The notes below the pieces were generated by a model. The model did not search any database, was not told the DNA's origin, and saw only the letters and a list, made by a program, of their open reading frames with translations. From assembly GCF_009914755.1 (NCBI RefSeq), contig NC_060936.1: 64,000 bases of DNA, one strand, 5' to 3'. This DNA is from the human T2T-CHM13v2.0 reference genome, Homo sapiens. The translations under genes and the position numbers were made by a program. Below, in pieces: positions 45,484-59,180 of the stretch (position 1 is its first letter; each line of letters starts with the position of its first letter).

Positions 45484-45954
45484 TTAAAATTTAAGTCTGC
45501 TACTGCCTCTTTCATAACTTATGGGGCAGAGCCCTAATTCCTTAGCATGTCATGAGAACTTCCAAATCCAGGTTCTGCCTGCTTATTCAATCTGGTTCCA
45601 CTCTCATGCCAGCCACTTCATACCTAATCCTCCACCATTGCTACCGCCAGTGTCTGAATGCATCTCACCTGCGTGCATTTTACCAAGATTCTCCCACTGC
45701 CTGGAATGAGACCACACCTTTTTCACCCTGAAACACAGCCATTCCAATTGTGGAAACTCAACTCAGGCACCTGTTCCTTCCCGTCTTACCACATTTCCTG
45801 ACCAACTCATGCCACCATTGAATGGCCCCTTAAGCTTAAGTCCTCTTATTTTTGCAGTGATTAGACGAAATACTATATGTAAATTATTTAGCACCATGTC
45901 TGACAGTAGTAAATAACTATCATTATATCACATGTTATTATAACTACACTGGAG

Positions 45955-46195
45955 AGACAATATAACATGGTGGTTAAATGAGTAAAACTTGACATCATAC
46001 TGCCTATCTTTCAGTACTTATTGTTCTGTGAATTTGTCAAGTTAATGGGCCCTCCCTTCTGGGTCAGTTTTCTTACCTGCAAAATGGGTACAATAATAGT
46101 TTCTACCTCACGGGGCGTTTGTAAGAGTTGAATGAGTTAGCACAGAAAAAGCACTTAGTGTCTACCACATACTAAGTATGCAATAAATGTTAACT
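45955..46195 (+). mobile_element. MIR
   Basis: 'cagttttcttacctgcaaaatgggtacaataatagtttctacctcac...gttgaatgagtta'. Confidence 0.8.
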
Positions 46196-46219
46196 GTGCT
46201 GCTGCTGATGATGTACTTT

Positions 46220-46460
46220 TTAAACACTTTAATAAAAAATTTCAAATATATGCAAAATTAGAGACAGTGGTATGCATATACTGAACACCCAGCTTTAGCA
46301 ATTATCAAATTTTGCCATTATTGTTTATTTATCTATTTCTCTTTGGTCTATTTTTCATTAATGTAGTATTTTAAAGCAAATTCCAGACATTATCATCAGT
46401 TTCCCTTTAAATTCTTCTCTAAACAATGATGACTTTCTACATAGAACCACAGTTCCTTTT
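46220..46460 (-). mobile_element. L1MC/ME 3' end remnant
   Basis: 'aaaatttcaaatatatgcaaaattagaga...gtattttaaagcaaattccagaca'. Confidence 0.55.
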
Positions 46461-47069
46461 ACATCCCTATCTTGCAAATACGTCTAAATAGGATATTTCA
46501 TTTAACTTACTTATTTTCCTATCTTTCCTTCTGGGCTGTAAATCCTTGAAACCAGTGGTTGTGATATTTAATTCATTTAAGCTGTAATTCACTGGCTAGA
46601 ACACGGTAGTAGTGCAATAAATGTACTTTTTAAAGAGAGAGAGGGAAGTAAAAAAGAGAGAAGGGAGAGAGTTAAGGAGAGAGGGAATAGGAAGGGCTCA
46701 CATAACAAAATAAGACATTAAACAAATGTTGACCTTAAAATAGGCATAGTACAACTAGTGCCTGAATAAGCAGTAAGTACCAAATGCTGTGATCCTAGAG
46801 AGGTGTCTCAGAAACCTATGCATAGCCAAGTTTAATTTGCCAGCAGGTTTTTACTTCATTGACTGGTCAGGTAGAGAAGAAGAAAGCAAAAATAAAAGAG
46901 TGTATTATTCTGTATCACAATGGTATCAGATTGTTTATTTTGGAGTCTGTGTCTATTTCTCATTTCCAATAATTTATGATATCATTTACCATTATTAAAG
47001 GAACCTTATTTTTAAAGCCCTGTGACACCTAGTGTGAAGCAGAAGAGTTTGCAAAGTTTAAACATCATA

Positions 47070-47240
47070 TTGTTAAATTCTGGAGTGGCTTTAACTAGCT
47101 GTGTGATCTTGGGCAAGTTACTTGCTTTCTCTGCTTCAGTTCTTCATTTTTAAAGTGTGACAGGATTAGCACCTATCTCATAGGCATGACATGCTTAGAA
47201 CAATACCTGATACATGAAAAGAATTTTTAAAATTTTATTT
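47070..47240 (+). mobile_element. MIR
   Basis: Core 'actagctgtgtgatcttgggcaagttactt'. Confidence 0.85.
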
Positions 47241-49709
47241 ATTATCTAGTTATAAGAGAACAATGAAATAAAACAAATATGAAGCTCGCCCATTTAAAGA
47301 AAAAAAAAAGAATGATTTCATTGAAGATACTTCCTCTGCCATGGAATTGCTAAATGAAACTTTGCAGCAATTCCAAAATAACTTGCCCCAGGGAGTAGGA
47401 TTGGATTTTGCTAAACTGAGGATTTAAGATTTACAATTTTTTGACTGTAATTCATTCTTACCTCTGCCAAATGTGATTGCAAAGGGAAAGAAGACATCAT
47501 AATTGTACGAAAGGGTTTTAACCAGGTTTTTTTGTTTTTTGTTTGTTTGTTTTTACTAATTGTTTCAGGGCATTTGAGGCAATTGTAAGAGCTTACACAT
47601 GGTAACCACTACATAAATATTAAAATGATGGCTTGGTACAAAAATGACTTTATGATTAATAAAATCACAAAAACTTGGAAAAAGAGTTATAAAAATTCTC
47701 CATAATTGAGTGCCAACTTTGGGCCTAATGTTTTATATAGTAGGTAGAACCCAATAACTGCCAATTATTTGGCAGTTTTGATGTTAGAAAAGGCCACGGG
47801 ATAAAGTTCGGACAAAATACATTTTTTCTATTCCTCCAGATAGTAGGGTTCTCATTTTTCACAGAGGAAATTAGGGTTTAGATAGATAGGGGACTTGTAT
47901 AAACCACATGCTACAAAGCGACCATGTAGAAACGTGAGCCCAGGTTTTCAGGCTCATCTTATTAGTGGCTAATTCCAATGTCCTTTGCATATTTAGGAAA
48001 TGTTTGCTATAATAAAGAAGCTGGGCAATAAGATATTAAATATTTTGAAAAGGGTAAATATTTAGTGATTTATCAAAGGAAGCACAAAGCACTGAGTACT
48101 TTAGCAGAAGAAATGGATTAAAGATGTGAGACCCATGTCACATAAACCAAAGACCATTTCTCCTCCAGATAATAATGAGATTGTCACATCTATCAATTTC
48201 TATGTATGTATTCCATTGTACATCCTCTCTCCCTAAATTTTAAAAAGTTATGATCATGTTGATATGCAAAGGGAATTTATGTGTTTGTTTAACTTTTTGA
48301 GGAGAAAGTGAGAAAGAGAAAATATTTTACATTCCAGGAGAGAAGCACTTTAGAGAAATTGAAGCAAAAACTGGGAAGAAGTCAGGGCCAACTGGTGGAA
48401 AGTCCCCCAGGATGCAAGAGAGGAGCACTGAGCCCTGACCTACTTCTCACTAATTGCTGCAAACCTCCCATAAATTCCTTGCCCTTCCTGGTCTTCAGAT
48501 TCCTCTTCTATAAAACAAGATGGCTGGGGAAAGACTCTCTGAGGTTTCTTGGAGTTTTTACAATTTACCGATCTTGTGAAATTAGACCATTAATTATCTT
48601 TTAAATGTATGTTTTACAAAGTGTTAAGATGGAAGAAATAAACTGGTAAAATATAAGATGGTTTGTAATCATAAATATTTTCCATATTTAATTATAGTTT
48701 ATTTCTCATAGAAGTGTAAATTGAGGTGGGTTACAGTGTTAAAACAATATTAGACCAGTTTGAAAAAAAAAAGCTAGAAAGTTCTATGCACTTACATATT
48801 TTGTGATAATCAGATATTAGTCACCATTCTTTATATAAACCCAATGTTACTAATTACTTAAGCTTTAAGATGAATGCCAACATTTTGATTTATTCACATC
48901 CATAACATAATTTGGAGAACCTAGAAATTTTTTTGTTTTTACATTTGTGCAATGACATTTCAGGTTTGGTTTTAGACTTCCTTCTTTTCTTTCAACATGA
49001 TGCTGAGAAACACAAGTAATAGGATAATCACAGGTTCATTCCTAGCCATCGCTTTTGCCTGTCAATATCCTAATTACTTCCCTACTCCACTTAGATGACT
49101 CAGAGTCCATGCCATGAATACTGATGATGAGAGATGATGCAATGGGGAGAACTTATTGTAGCTCCATCCTGTCCTTTAACTTTCATTGTTTCTCCAGCCA
49201 AGAATTTAAGGGCACAAGTTAGAGGAGAGTCTGGTCATCAAAATAAAATTCGTTAGCCTTTTAAAATATGTCAGGCTAATAGGACAAGCAGCCTGCAAGG
49301 AGAAGCATCCCTGACTTTGCTGGACAGCATTTCCAATTATCAGCATCTTCTGGCATTTTAAGTTATAACTGAATATTCTCAAATAAATGTTGCAAGAATA
49401 TGAAGTGTAGCATAAGTATTATCTTTTCAGTGAAATCTATTCTTATTTATTTACATAGAGTGTATTCTATTTTAAATTATATATTTATGGACATAAAATT
49501 CACATATTTGACAAGTTTTTTGAAGAGGCTTTTCCACTGGAGTAAAAAGATGGAAATTTTTAAACAGCATTTGATTGGTATTCCATTTTCCTTTAATATT
49601 TGAAAATGTTATGTTGATCATATTTTAGGTAGGAATGGATCTATTAACTACCATGGAATCAATTTGTAGTTATCCATGAAAATAAAACAGGAAGAATTTT
49701 TAAATAAAT

Positions 49710-50170
49710 ATTCACTCTTTATTTACAAAGATTTATTAAGTCTCTGCTATGTGCCAGTCCTAGAGAAATAAACTAGTGATGGCCTGGATCGTTTAGGAGC
49801 TTACAATGTTTTGGGAGACATGCACATAGAATGATTAAACGAATCAGGAGATGGTGAGTTCCACAGCTGATGTATACACAAACAAATAATGGGTGCATGA
49901 AAGAGGGTCACCTTATCTCTTCTGATAAGGTTATGAAGGTATCCCAGAAGAAAAACATCTGAGCTTAGTCTTAAAAATGCAAGAGAATATTCCCAGATGA
50001 AGAAAGGGGAGCAGGCCATCTCAAGCAGAGGAGACATCAGTTGATTTTCAGCAAGTATGTAGAGTGTTTAAGGACTGATTGACAGGTCAACGTGGCCCAA
50101 GTGAAAATGGTGAAAGTTAGTTGGACCCAACTGTGCAGGTCGTGAAGTCAGATTGTGAGGATGGCTCCCA
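49710..50170 (-). mobile_element. L2 3' region
   Basis: 'atttattaag...ctatgtgccag...ggagcttaca'. Confidence 0.65.
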
Positions 50171-50179
50171 TCTCATCTG

Positions 50180-53100
50180 GGAGAAAGAGATGGCTTCCTC
50201 AGGCATCAAGTGCTTTCTTCTTAAAGCTGCAGTTATTTCACCGCTATTTAAATTTGTGTTTTCCCAATGGTCAGAGACTACAGTCAGACTGCCTCTTGGA
50301 TTTCAGTGATCTTTGATTTACCTGTTTACACCTTTCACATATTTGTTGTTGTTTGCATTTTGACTTGTAGAAGCTCTTTACAAACATGAGTAGTGATCCT
50401 TTGTCATTTTTGTTGTGCTCATACTCCCACGGTACTTTGCTAGTTTTGTTATTTTGTCTATGATTTTACCCCATACACAAGGTTTATTTTATAAGTTTAG
50501 CTAACAAATACTTATTATGTACCAAGTTTTATTCTAATGTTTTTTTACAAATGTTAACACATTTAATCTTCATAACAATCCTATGGGGAAGGTATTAACA
50601 TGCCTATGTTACAGGTAAGAAAACTGAGCTACATCTTGAAGGTCACATAACTTCCCAAGGCCTTACTGTGGTAGGTGTGAGGCCAGGGAATGCTACAAAG
50701 CCCTGCTTTGAGCCTCCACTAAGCTGCTTTCTTTCAAATTTGTCTTCTGTTCCTTTATGATACCTGTATTTTATATCTTATTAAACAAGGCCTTGCCCAG
50801 CTCAGATTATAAAATAACCTCCTAGACATTCTTATAATTTTATACTTCTGTGACTTTTGGGTTTAGAACTTTAATCAATCTGCAATGTATTCTTGTGCAT
50901 GATTTGAGTTAGAAACCTTCTCAAATGTTACATTATTTATTGCAGTAACCACTGTTTCTCTCATTTATTTGAAATGATAAATTTATTGCAAAATAGATTT
51001 TCATATATACATGCATTTTTTGTAACTTTTTTATTATATTTCACTGTTCAATTTGTTCATTCCTTCACTAATACCATACATTGCTCTAATTACTGTTACT
51101 TTTTAGCATTGAAATTGATGTTTAAGTGTTCCCTTTTTAAAATATACTTGTCACTGTTCTCATTTATTTATAAATTCCTCCAAATAAATATATACAATTA
51201 GTGTCTTACATTTTATAAAGTTGGTTTGTTTTGGTGGAGTAGATTAAATATTGACTTGGGATGCAATATACTTATAAAATTAATTTGAAGAAAACTGATA
51301 TTGTCAAAATAATTAACTTTTTCATACTAGAATATAGGGTGTCTTTTCATTTATTAAGGTCTTTCTTGTATTTCACTACATTTTTAGTTTTTTTCTTAAG
51401 TCTTACACAATGTTTGGTAAGCTTATTTCTAAGTATTTTATCATTGTTTTCCACTTTTAATGAGATTTCAAATTCCATTAAAATTTTTAATTGGATCCTG
51501 CTGATATACAGAAAAACTATTAATGTTTGCATGTCTTTCATGTATATAATTGCTATATTAAATTATCTTATTAATTCTATTAGTTTTTCAATTAGTTATC
51601 TTGGAATTTTTCTTAGTCATATCCGTGAAAATTGTTAGCTTTATCTCTTCTTTTGCAATGTTTACACTTTTTAATTATATTGTCTCATTGTGGATATGTA
51701 CTTATAATGAAAACTATTCGTGATAATATTCTTAATTTTCTAGTTCCTGGTTTTAATTGAAATTCTTTGTATATTTCACCAGTTAGATTGTTCTTACACA
51801 GTAGTTTGATTTTTATTCCTAGACTAGTTATTCCATTCTCACATTTAAATGACACTTTCGCTGCTTTAGGTTCTCAATCTTTTGTCTCAGAACTTTCTAG
51901 CATCTTGTGTTTCAGGGAAGGCTGAGGCCAATCTGAGAGTTATTCCATTGTGCTACCTTCCTTGGTTTTAAAAATTATCTTCATTCTTGAAATTCAAAGA
52001 TTTTACCCAAATTTCACCTAAATGTGTATAGATTTGGAGTTAAGTTTTCCAGAGAAAATACCAGACACTCAGTTAAATTAAAGTTCAGATAAATAACAAA
52101 TAAAAACTATTTCCCAGCTGTATGCATTTTTATTTGCTCAATCTGATAATCCTAATGGGGTATTGACTGTTAATATATTATTATCATTATTAATTATTTT
52201 TGTTACTGTTTGGCAGTCAAAGGGATATTTTAAAATAAAGTCCTTTTTCAGATCAGACCAATATTTTTCAATTACTTCTTTGACACAGCGTAGCAGGTCA
52301 GAAAACTGGTTCTTAAAACCATTGTGTATATTGGATGTGGTCTTACATTTAACTCCCGGACAAGCTGTTTATAATTTGGTAGTATGTCTTAGGCTCTTAG
52401 ATGCTCACATGCTAGAATAAGACAAAAAGAATTAGGCCATTCCTTTTTCTCTTTATTCCCTGTTCTTTCTATCTGGAAAAACAGATATTGGAAATTCTTC
52501 ATCTATTCCCTATGTCTCATAACTTTTCTATTAAATGTATATATTTTTGTCTTTTATGCCTCATGTTTTGGGAGTTTATCTTCACCCACATTAATTTTAA
52601 TATGTATGCCTGATGAATTTATTAAAAATTTCTACTTTTAATGAGATTGCAAATTCCAATAAAATTTCTAATTGTATCTTGCTGATATATAGAAAAACTA
52701 TTAATGTTTGCATGTCTGTCTTGTATATAATTGCTATATTAAATTATTTTATTAATTCTAGTGGTTTTTTAATTAGTTTTCTTGGGAATTTTTCTTAGTC
52801 ATATCTATGAAAACTGATAATTTTATCTCTTCTTTTGCAAAGTTTATACATTTTAATTATATTGTCTCATTATGGATATGTACTTATAAAACAATTTGTG
52901 ATAATATTCTTAATTTTAAATTAAGAATCTTTTTAATATCTTAACCTTACATGTATAAATTTATTAGGTCTGATAATTTTATTATTAGACCTTCACTAAA
53001 ATGTTAAATTTTAGCTATCATGGTTTTAATTTCAAAATTTTTTTTCTTGATCTTAGGTTATTTCTTTTTCATAGCAATTTGTTCTTGCTTTATGACTTTG

Positions 53101-53240
53101 AGTTTTTTTCTGTTTTAGCATTATCATGGTTTCCTCTAAGACTGATCAACTTTCTCCTTTTACATAAGCATATTTGTTGATTTTCCTCAAATATCTGGTG
53201 AAACTTGATTTCCATTCTTATGTTATTAATATTTATAAAT
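50180..53240 (-). mobile_element. Ancient L1ME/HAL1-like remnants with nested MIR (~50500-50730), MER53 and a local duplication
   Basis: T-rich antisense L1 motifs 'taatttgaagaaaactgatatt', 'gctgatatacagaaaaactattaatgtttgcat'. Confidence 0.6.
52040..52155. mobile_element. MER53-like hAT MITE, internally deleted
   Basis: 'ccagagaaaataccagacactcagttaaattaaagttcagataaa...tttttatttgctcaatctgataatcct'. Confidence 0.65.
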
Positions 53241-53889
53241 GAAGTATCGGTTTATCAATGTAGGTAACTACAGTGGTTTTAACAATTGTTATGAAAGGCT
53301 GGTTTTGCAGCAGGCTTCTTCCCTGACTAGGAGAGAGAAATGTGTGGGTCTGGTTTTCCTTTTCTTGTTATGCAAGCAGGAAGAACCAGAAAAGCAGGGG
53401 CACTCTCATGATTGCAAAAGCAAGTGCTCATCTGGGTGGTACTTTTAAGTGCTTTGGCAAAGGATGAGGTAAAATTCAAAGACAACAGCATCACTGTTTT
53501 CAGAACTTCATTCAGAGCCATTACGACAAATAATTTGGTTGCAAGGGTGTTTGATACCTGAAATAACATAAGGATTCTTAGCACTCTCGTTGTCTGTTCA
53601 CAATTGTCTGCAAAAAGCAAGGCAAAGCATAGAGGTCATGCATGGTGTTATTTTTCATTTGTGGGAGGAGAATACATGTTCTTATTTTGATATTAAAATT
53701 AAGAAAGACTAGTGGTCAAAATTGAAAGTATAGAGCTTTACTGTGACATAATTCAGTTTCTTATAAGGGGATCATATATAAGAGTACCCCAAAGTACTTT
53801 GTATTGTGCTTGCAACTTTTCTGTAAGTTAAAATTATTTAATAAAAAAGGATTTTTTTATAATCAAGAAATCTAAAGATGGAAAATTAT

Positions 53890-54280
53890 GATTAGATTTA
53901 GGTTTAACTTAAAGTGACAGAAAACACAAAATATTACTGTTTCAAATAAGATAGAATTTATATCTTGCCTACATAATGTAAGCGGTCATCCAAGCCTGGA
54001 ATGGTGCTCCTTGGTGTCAGGAACTTGAGTTCATTCTGTCTTGCAGCCTCTCCATGCAGGAATTCCATGTTCAGGGTCATCCCGTGGTCTAAGACAAATG
54101 CTGGAATTTCAGCATTTCCATTCACATTCCAGCCAGCAGGAAGGAGAAGACGATTGCCAAAAAAGTGCACTCCTTTCCTCTAGGAACACTTTCTAAAAGT
54201 TTTACTTTCTTCCTGCATCCCAGTGTCTAGGAACTGGTCACATAACCATATCTAGCTACAAGGAAAACTAATAAATACAA
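53890..54280 (-). mobile_element. MLT1J/I-like LTR
   Basis: 'aagatagaatttat...cacattccagccagcaggaagg...ggtcacataaccatatctagctacaagg'. Confidence 0.7.
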
Positions 54281-54424
54281 AAGCTGCTAATTACTTCTCA
54301 GCATTCCTGTACCTACTAAAAATCATAATTATTGTAGAAATTGGATATTGAAGACAACGAAGAAAACAATGAAGAGTATTTGCCACACCGTTTGAACAGG
54401 GCAGTGTTTGTAGAATCTCGTGAA

Positions 54425-55790
54425 GCTCATCCATTCCAAAGACATCCGTGAGTGCTTACCATGCACGAAGCACTGTGCTGGGGCTTGAGATAGAAATGTT
54501 GAGAACAACACACTTGGTCTCTGTGCTAATGGAGTTTTAGGCTAATGGGAAAAGTGGGGATTCAAAACATAAGGAAACATATTTGAATATTAATAAAAGC
54601 TAAGAGACTGTTAAGAGGGAAATTATCACATGTTCTGAAAATGTGTCACGGAAGGACTTTGCCAAGCCAGGGCAGGATGATGATGATCTAAGAAGGCTTT
54701 CCTGAGGGCATGATACATGTGTTCAAATCCACAGGATGAATGGGAATATGCAAAGGAGAGGCTAGAGTAGGAATATCAAAGAAGGCAGCATATGCACAAA
54801 TGTCACAGGGAAAAGAATAATAATCCAGTTAAGAAACTGAAAGTTCTTTATGGCTGGAGTACAGCAAACAAGGAGGAAAACAGGAGAAAATGAGACTAGA
54901 AAGGTTCTCAAGGTTAAAATAATGTAGAATCAAATGCAGGCCACATACAGTTATTTGTGTCATTAAAGGGTTAGAGGCAGAGAGCAACATGACCTGTTTT
55001 ATACATTGAAAAATGTTCTGAATGCAATGTAGAAAACAACTGGATGAGTGTAAGAGGAGACTATGCTAGGAGTTCAGGCAAGGTGGGAGAGAGAGCAATG
55101 TGGACAGAATCAAGAGATATTCAAGAGATTAAAAACAATAGAACCTGATGATAATTTAGATACGAAAGAGTGAAGGTAAGAGAGGAGTTGAAGGTGATTC
55201 CCACATTTCCAGATTGTACAAATGGATGGGTGGTGGACCATTTATTTTCTGAAACAGAGAAATATCAACTACCAATTAGAGGAAAGATGTTGATTTTTGG
55301 TTTGATTTAAGAGCCTTGAGTTTGCGGTGCCTTTCTGACGTTCAAGTAGGCATTTCAGATAGGAAGTTAAACATGCAAATCTGGAACACCGAGAAAATAG
55401 CAAGCCTAGAGATACAGATTTGAGAGGTTTTTGCACATAGGTAGTTGGTAACTAAATCACAGTTTCAGAGAGGAGCCCCTACAGAGATAGCAGGCAGAGA
55501 GATGAGAAAAAACAAGAATCTGGGACTTGAATCTAAAAGGCAGGCAGAAGAAGGGTGGCAGAAGGCAGCAATGGAGACTGAGGAGGGTGGGTGAGAAGGT
55601 AGGGATCTGTTGGGAGTTTGTACTATGATAGAAGCCGAGGGATTCTAAAGCACTAAACAGGCAAATTCCTCCTTGACTTGACTTGACTTCCTTCCTTAAG
55701 TCAAGGAAGAGGAGGGCTGAAAGAAAAAATTGAGAGTACAGAAGGGTTCTGAAATGTTACTGCAAAGATAAGATGTGACAAGTATCTCTT
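54425..55790 (-). mobile_element. Long L2 remnant
   Basis: 'gagtgcttaccatgcacgaagcactgtgctggg...ttgagtttgcggtgcct'. Confidence 0.75.
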
Positions 55791-55864
55791 AAAGATGGTG
55801 GTAGTCATGATGGTGGTGGCTGTGTCTGTGTATCTTTGTTATGCATCAATATTTGAACCACTTG

Positions 55865-56135
55865 GGGAGATGTCCGTCAAAGAATACAAAATTTCAGTTT
55901 GGCAGGAGGAATAAGTTCAAGAGATCTATTGTACATCATGGATGCTTAGTAACAATATATTATACACTTGAAAAATTTCTAAGAGTAGATCCTAAGTGTT
56001 CCCACCACACACAAAAAAAGTGTGTGAGGTAATGCAATGTTAATTAGCTTGATTTAACCATTCCACAATATACACATATATCAAAAAATTATGTTGTACG
56101 GTATAAATATATACAATTTTGTCAATTAAAAGTAA
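55865..56135 (+). mobile_element. L1MA 3' end (5' truncated) followed by (GAAT)n
   Basis: 'tcaaagaatacaaaatttcagtt...ggaggaataagttcaagagatctattgtac'. Confidence 0.85.
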
Positions 56136-57257
56136 ATGAATGAATGAATGAATTAAAATATTTGGAGCACTCTGAAGCTGAATTCAGAAATAATGCTAAA
56201 GAAGACTTGACTTTGTTAAAGACAGAATTTTTATGGAATATATGGAAATAGTAATTATTGCTTAAAAACTGTATTCAATATTTTGATATTGACCTCAATA
56301 AAAAAATGTGTAATCAATTTTTGAACTTCTAGTCACTCAGGGGACAGAATGGTTACCATTTGTTGTCCTAAAGCAAGGGTAGCATAGGGGCTTGTCCCAG
56401 GAACAATCAGTTGGTCTTCAACCAAAAAAGTGGATATTTCCATCAGGGACATTTGCCTGGACACCACCATGTTAGATTCTAAAAATCAAACATGTGTCCC
56501 ACCCTAACTTTGCCTTTAGTCCCTGAAAGAATGGACCTAGGTTTGAGAGAGGAGAACAGTGAGGGTCATCCCTCTTCATCTCAGGAGCAATTAACTAGTT
56601 ATTTTGCTCACTTTGGGAAGAATTTGCCTTCAAAAATTATACCTTTTGGAAAACTATACCATATAATTATTTATCTTCCTTCAAAATATGAATTATTTGA
56701 TCTTTTTCTCACTTCAACTTTTCAAAAATTTCACATAAGGAGCCCTATTCAATTATCTCCTTCTGTAATTAAAACATTTTAGTAGGTGTGCAACCAAATT
56801 GCCAAACTAAGACAGATCTTGTTATTTTAAAAGAACATTATAATTTCAATTGTTCTAATAATTGTTATTATTCGATAGAGCAAATTATGAATGCAATTTT
56901 CAAAGCAAATGAAAACATAAGAAATTCATGATTTTTCTATACTGCTACAAATTTGGATAACTTCGAAGTGATTATCTTACATTTGGCTTTTACTTTGGAA
57001 AATATTAATATTAGAAAAACTGCAAAATTTTGGAATCTAGATTAAAGAACGATAGATTATGATGATAACTGTTTATGATTCTTATTTTATTATTTCTTTT
57101 TTGAACCTGCTTTTCCAATCTAGATAAGCATGTCTAGTCTCATACCATATTCATACTGCATATTATAACATGGTGTTAATAATCTTAAGTAATATTCCAT
57201 GGCCAATCAACCTTTTTTGGACACTAATACTCATTATGAGACTGAGCTTAACAGCTG

Positions 57258-59180
57258 TTTTTTGTTTTTGTTTTTGCTTTTTTAGCATTTAAGTTTAGGG
57301 GTATGTGTGCAGGTTGGTTATATAAATACACTCATGTCATGGGGGTTTATTGTACAGATTATTTCATCATCCAGGTATTATAATCCTAGTACCCATTTGT
57401 TATTTTTCCTGATCCTCTTCCTCCTCTCACCCACCACCCTGATGTAGGGCCCAGTGTCCATTGTTCCCCTCTATGTGTCCATGTGTTCTCATAATTTAGC
57501 CCCCACTTGTAAGTGAGAACATGCAGTATTTGGTTTTCCATTCCTGCAATAGTTTGCTAAGGATAATGGCCTCCAGCTCCATGCATGTCCCTGCAAAGGA
57601 CATGATTGCATTATTTTTTACTGCTGCATAGTATTCTATGATGTATATATAACGCATTTTCTTTATCCAGTCTACTGCTGATGGGCATTTAGGTTGATTG
57701 TATGTCTTTGCTACTGTCAATAGTGCTGCAATGAATATATATGTGCATGTGTCTTCATGATAGAACAATTTATATTCCTTTGGGTATATACCCAGTAATG
57801 GGATTGTGGAGTCAAGTGGTAGTTCTATTTTCAGCTGTTTTAGGAATTGCCACAGTGTCTTCCACAATGATTGAATTAATTTACACCCCCACCATCAATG
57901 TATAAGTATTCCCTTTTCTCCGCAACCTTGCCAGTATCTGTTATTTTGTGACTTTTGAATCATAGCCTTCTGACTGGTGTGAGACGGCATCTCATTGTGG
58001 TTTTGATTTGCATTTCTCTAATAATCAGTGATGCTGAGCTTTTTTCATATGCTTGTTGGCCTAATGCATGTCTTCTATAGAAAAGTGTTTGCTCATGTTC
58101 TTTGCCCAGTTTTTAATGTGGTTGTTTATTTTTTGCTTGTAAATTTAAGTTCCTTATAGGTGCTGGATATTAGATCTTTGTCAGATACACAGTTTGCAAA
58201 ATTTTCCTCCCATTCTGTAGGTTGTCAGTTTACTCTGTTGATAGTTTTCATTTGTTTGTTTTTGTTGTTGTTGTTGTTGTTATTGTTTTTGCTGTGCAGA
58301 CACTCTTTAGTTTAATTAGATCCCAATTGTTAATTTTTGCTTTTGTCACAATTATTTTTGATGTCTTCACCATGAAATCTTTGCCTATTCCAATATCCAG
58401 GATGGTACTGCCTAGGTTGTCTTTCAGGGTTTTTACAGTTTGGGGCTTTTTTTTTTTTTTTTTCTGAGGTGGAGTCTCACTCTGTCGCCCAGGCTGGAGT
58501 GCAGTGGTGCCGATCTCAGCTCACTGCAACCTCTGCCTCCTGGGTTCAAACAATTCTCCTGCCTCAGCCTCCTGAGTAGCTGGAACTACAAGTGTGTGCC
58601 ACCATGCTCGGCTAACTTTTTGTATTTGTATTTTTTTAGTAGAGACAGGGTTTCACCGTGTTAGCCAGGATGGTCTTGATCTCCTGACCTCATGATCCGC
58701 CCGCCTTGGCCTCCCAAAGTGCTGGGATTACAGGCGACAGCCACCATGCCCAGCCAGTTTTAGGCTTTACATTTAAGTCTTTAATCCATCTTGAGTTGAT
58801 TTTTGTACACAGTGAAGGAAAGGGTCCAGTTTCAATCTTCTGCATATGGCTAGCCAGTTATTCCAACACCATTTATTGAATAGGGAGTCTTTTCCTCATT
58901 GCTTGTTTTTGTCAGCTTTGTTGAAGATCAGATGGATGTAGGTGTGTGATGTTATTTCTGGGCTCTCTATTCTGTTCCTTTGGTTTACATATCTGTTTTT
59001 GTACCAATACCATGCTGCTTTGGTTATTGTAGCCTGCAGTATAGTTTGAAATTGGGTAGCGTGATGCCTCCAGCTTTGTTCTTTTTGCTTAGGATTGCCT
59101 TGGCTATTCAGACTCTTTTTTTATTCTATATGAATTTTAAAATAGTTTTTTTCTAGTTCTGTGAAAAATGCCGTTGGTAG
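57258..59180 (-). mobile_element. Older L1PA (L1PA13-16-like) 3' ~1.6 kb plus nested Alu
   Basis: ORF2 C-terminal/3'UTR translation (57496-57867); degenerate TSD tta(a/g)cagct. Confidence 0.9.
58447..58755 (-). mobile_element. AluSc/Y-like inserted in L1PA
   Basis: TSD cagttt(gg/ta)ggcttt. Confidence 0.95.

Noticed and set aside
47756-47777. 9-bp perfect inverted repeat aactgccaa-ttat-ttggcagtt
   Set aside because: Half-sites are in the wrong order for an NFI palindrome; plausible by chance
53327-53620. 97-aa minus-strand ORF with a possible acceptor in apparently unique DNA
   Set aside because: No recognisable homology, non-ATG start, no convincing donor
56340-56520. Possible hAT-Blackjack MITE (gggaca/tgtccc motifs)
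   Set aside because: Too degenerate to support
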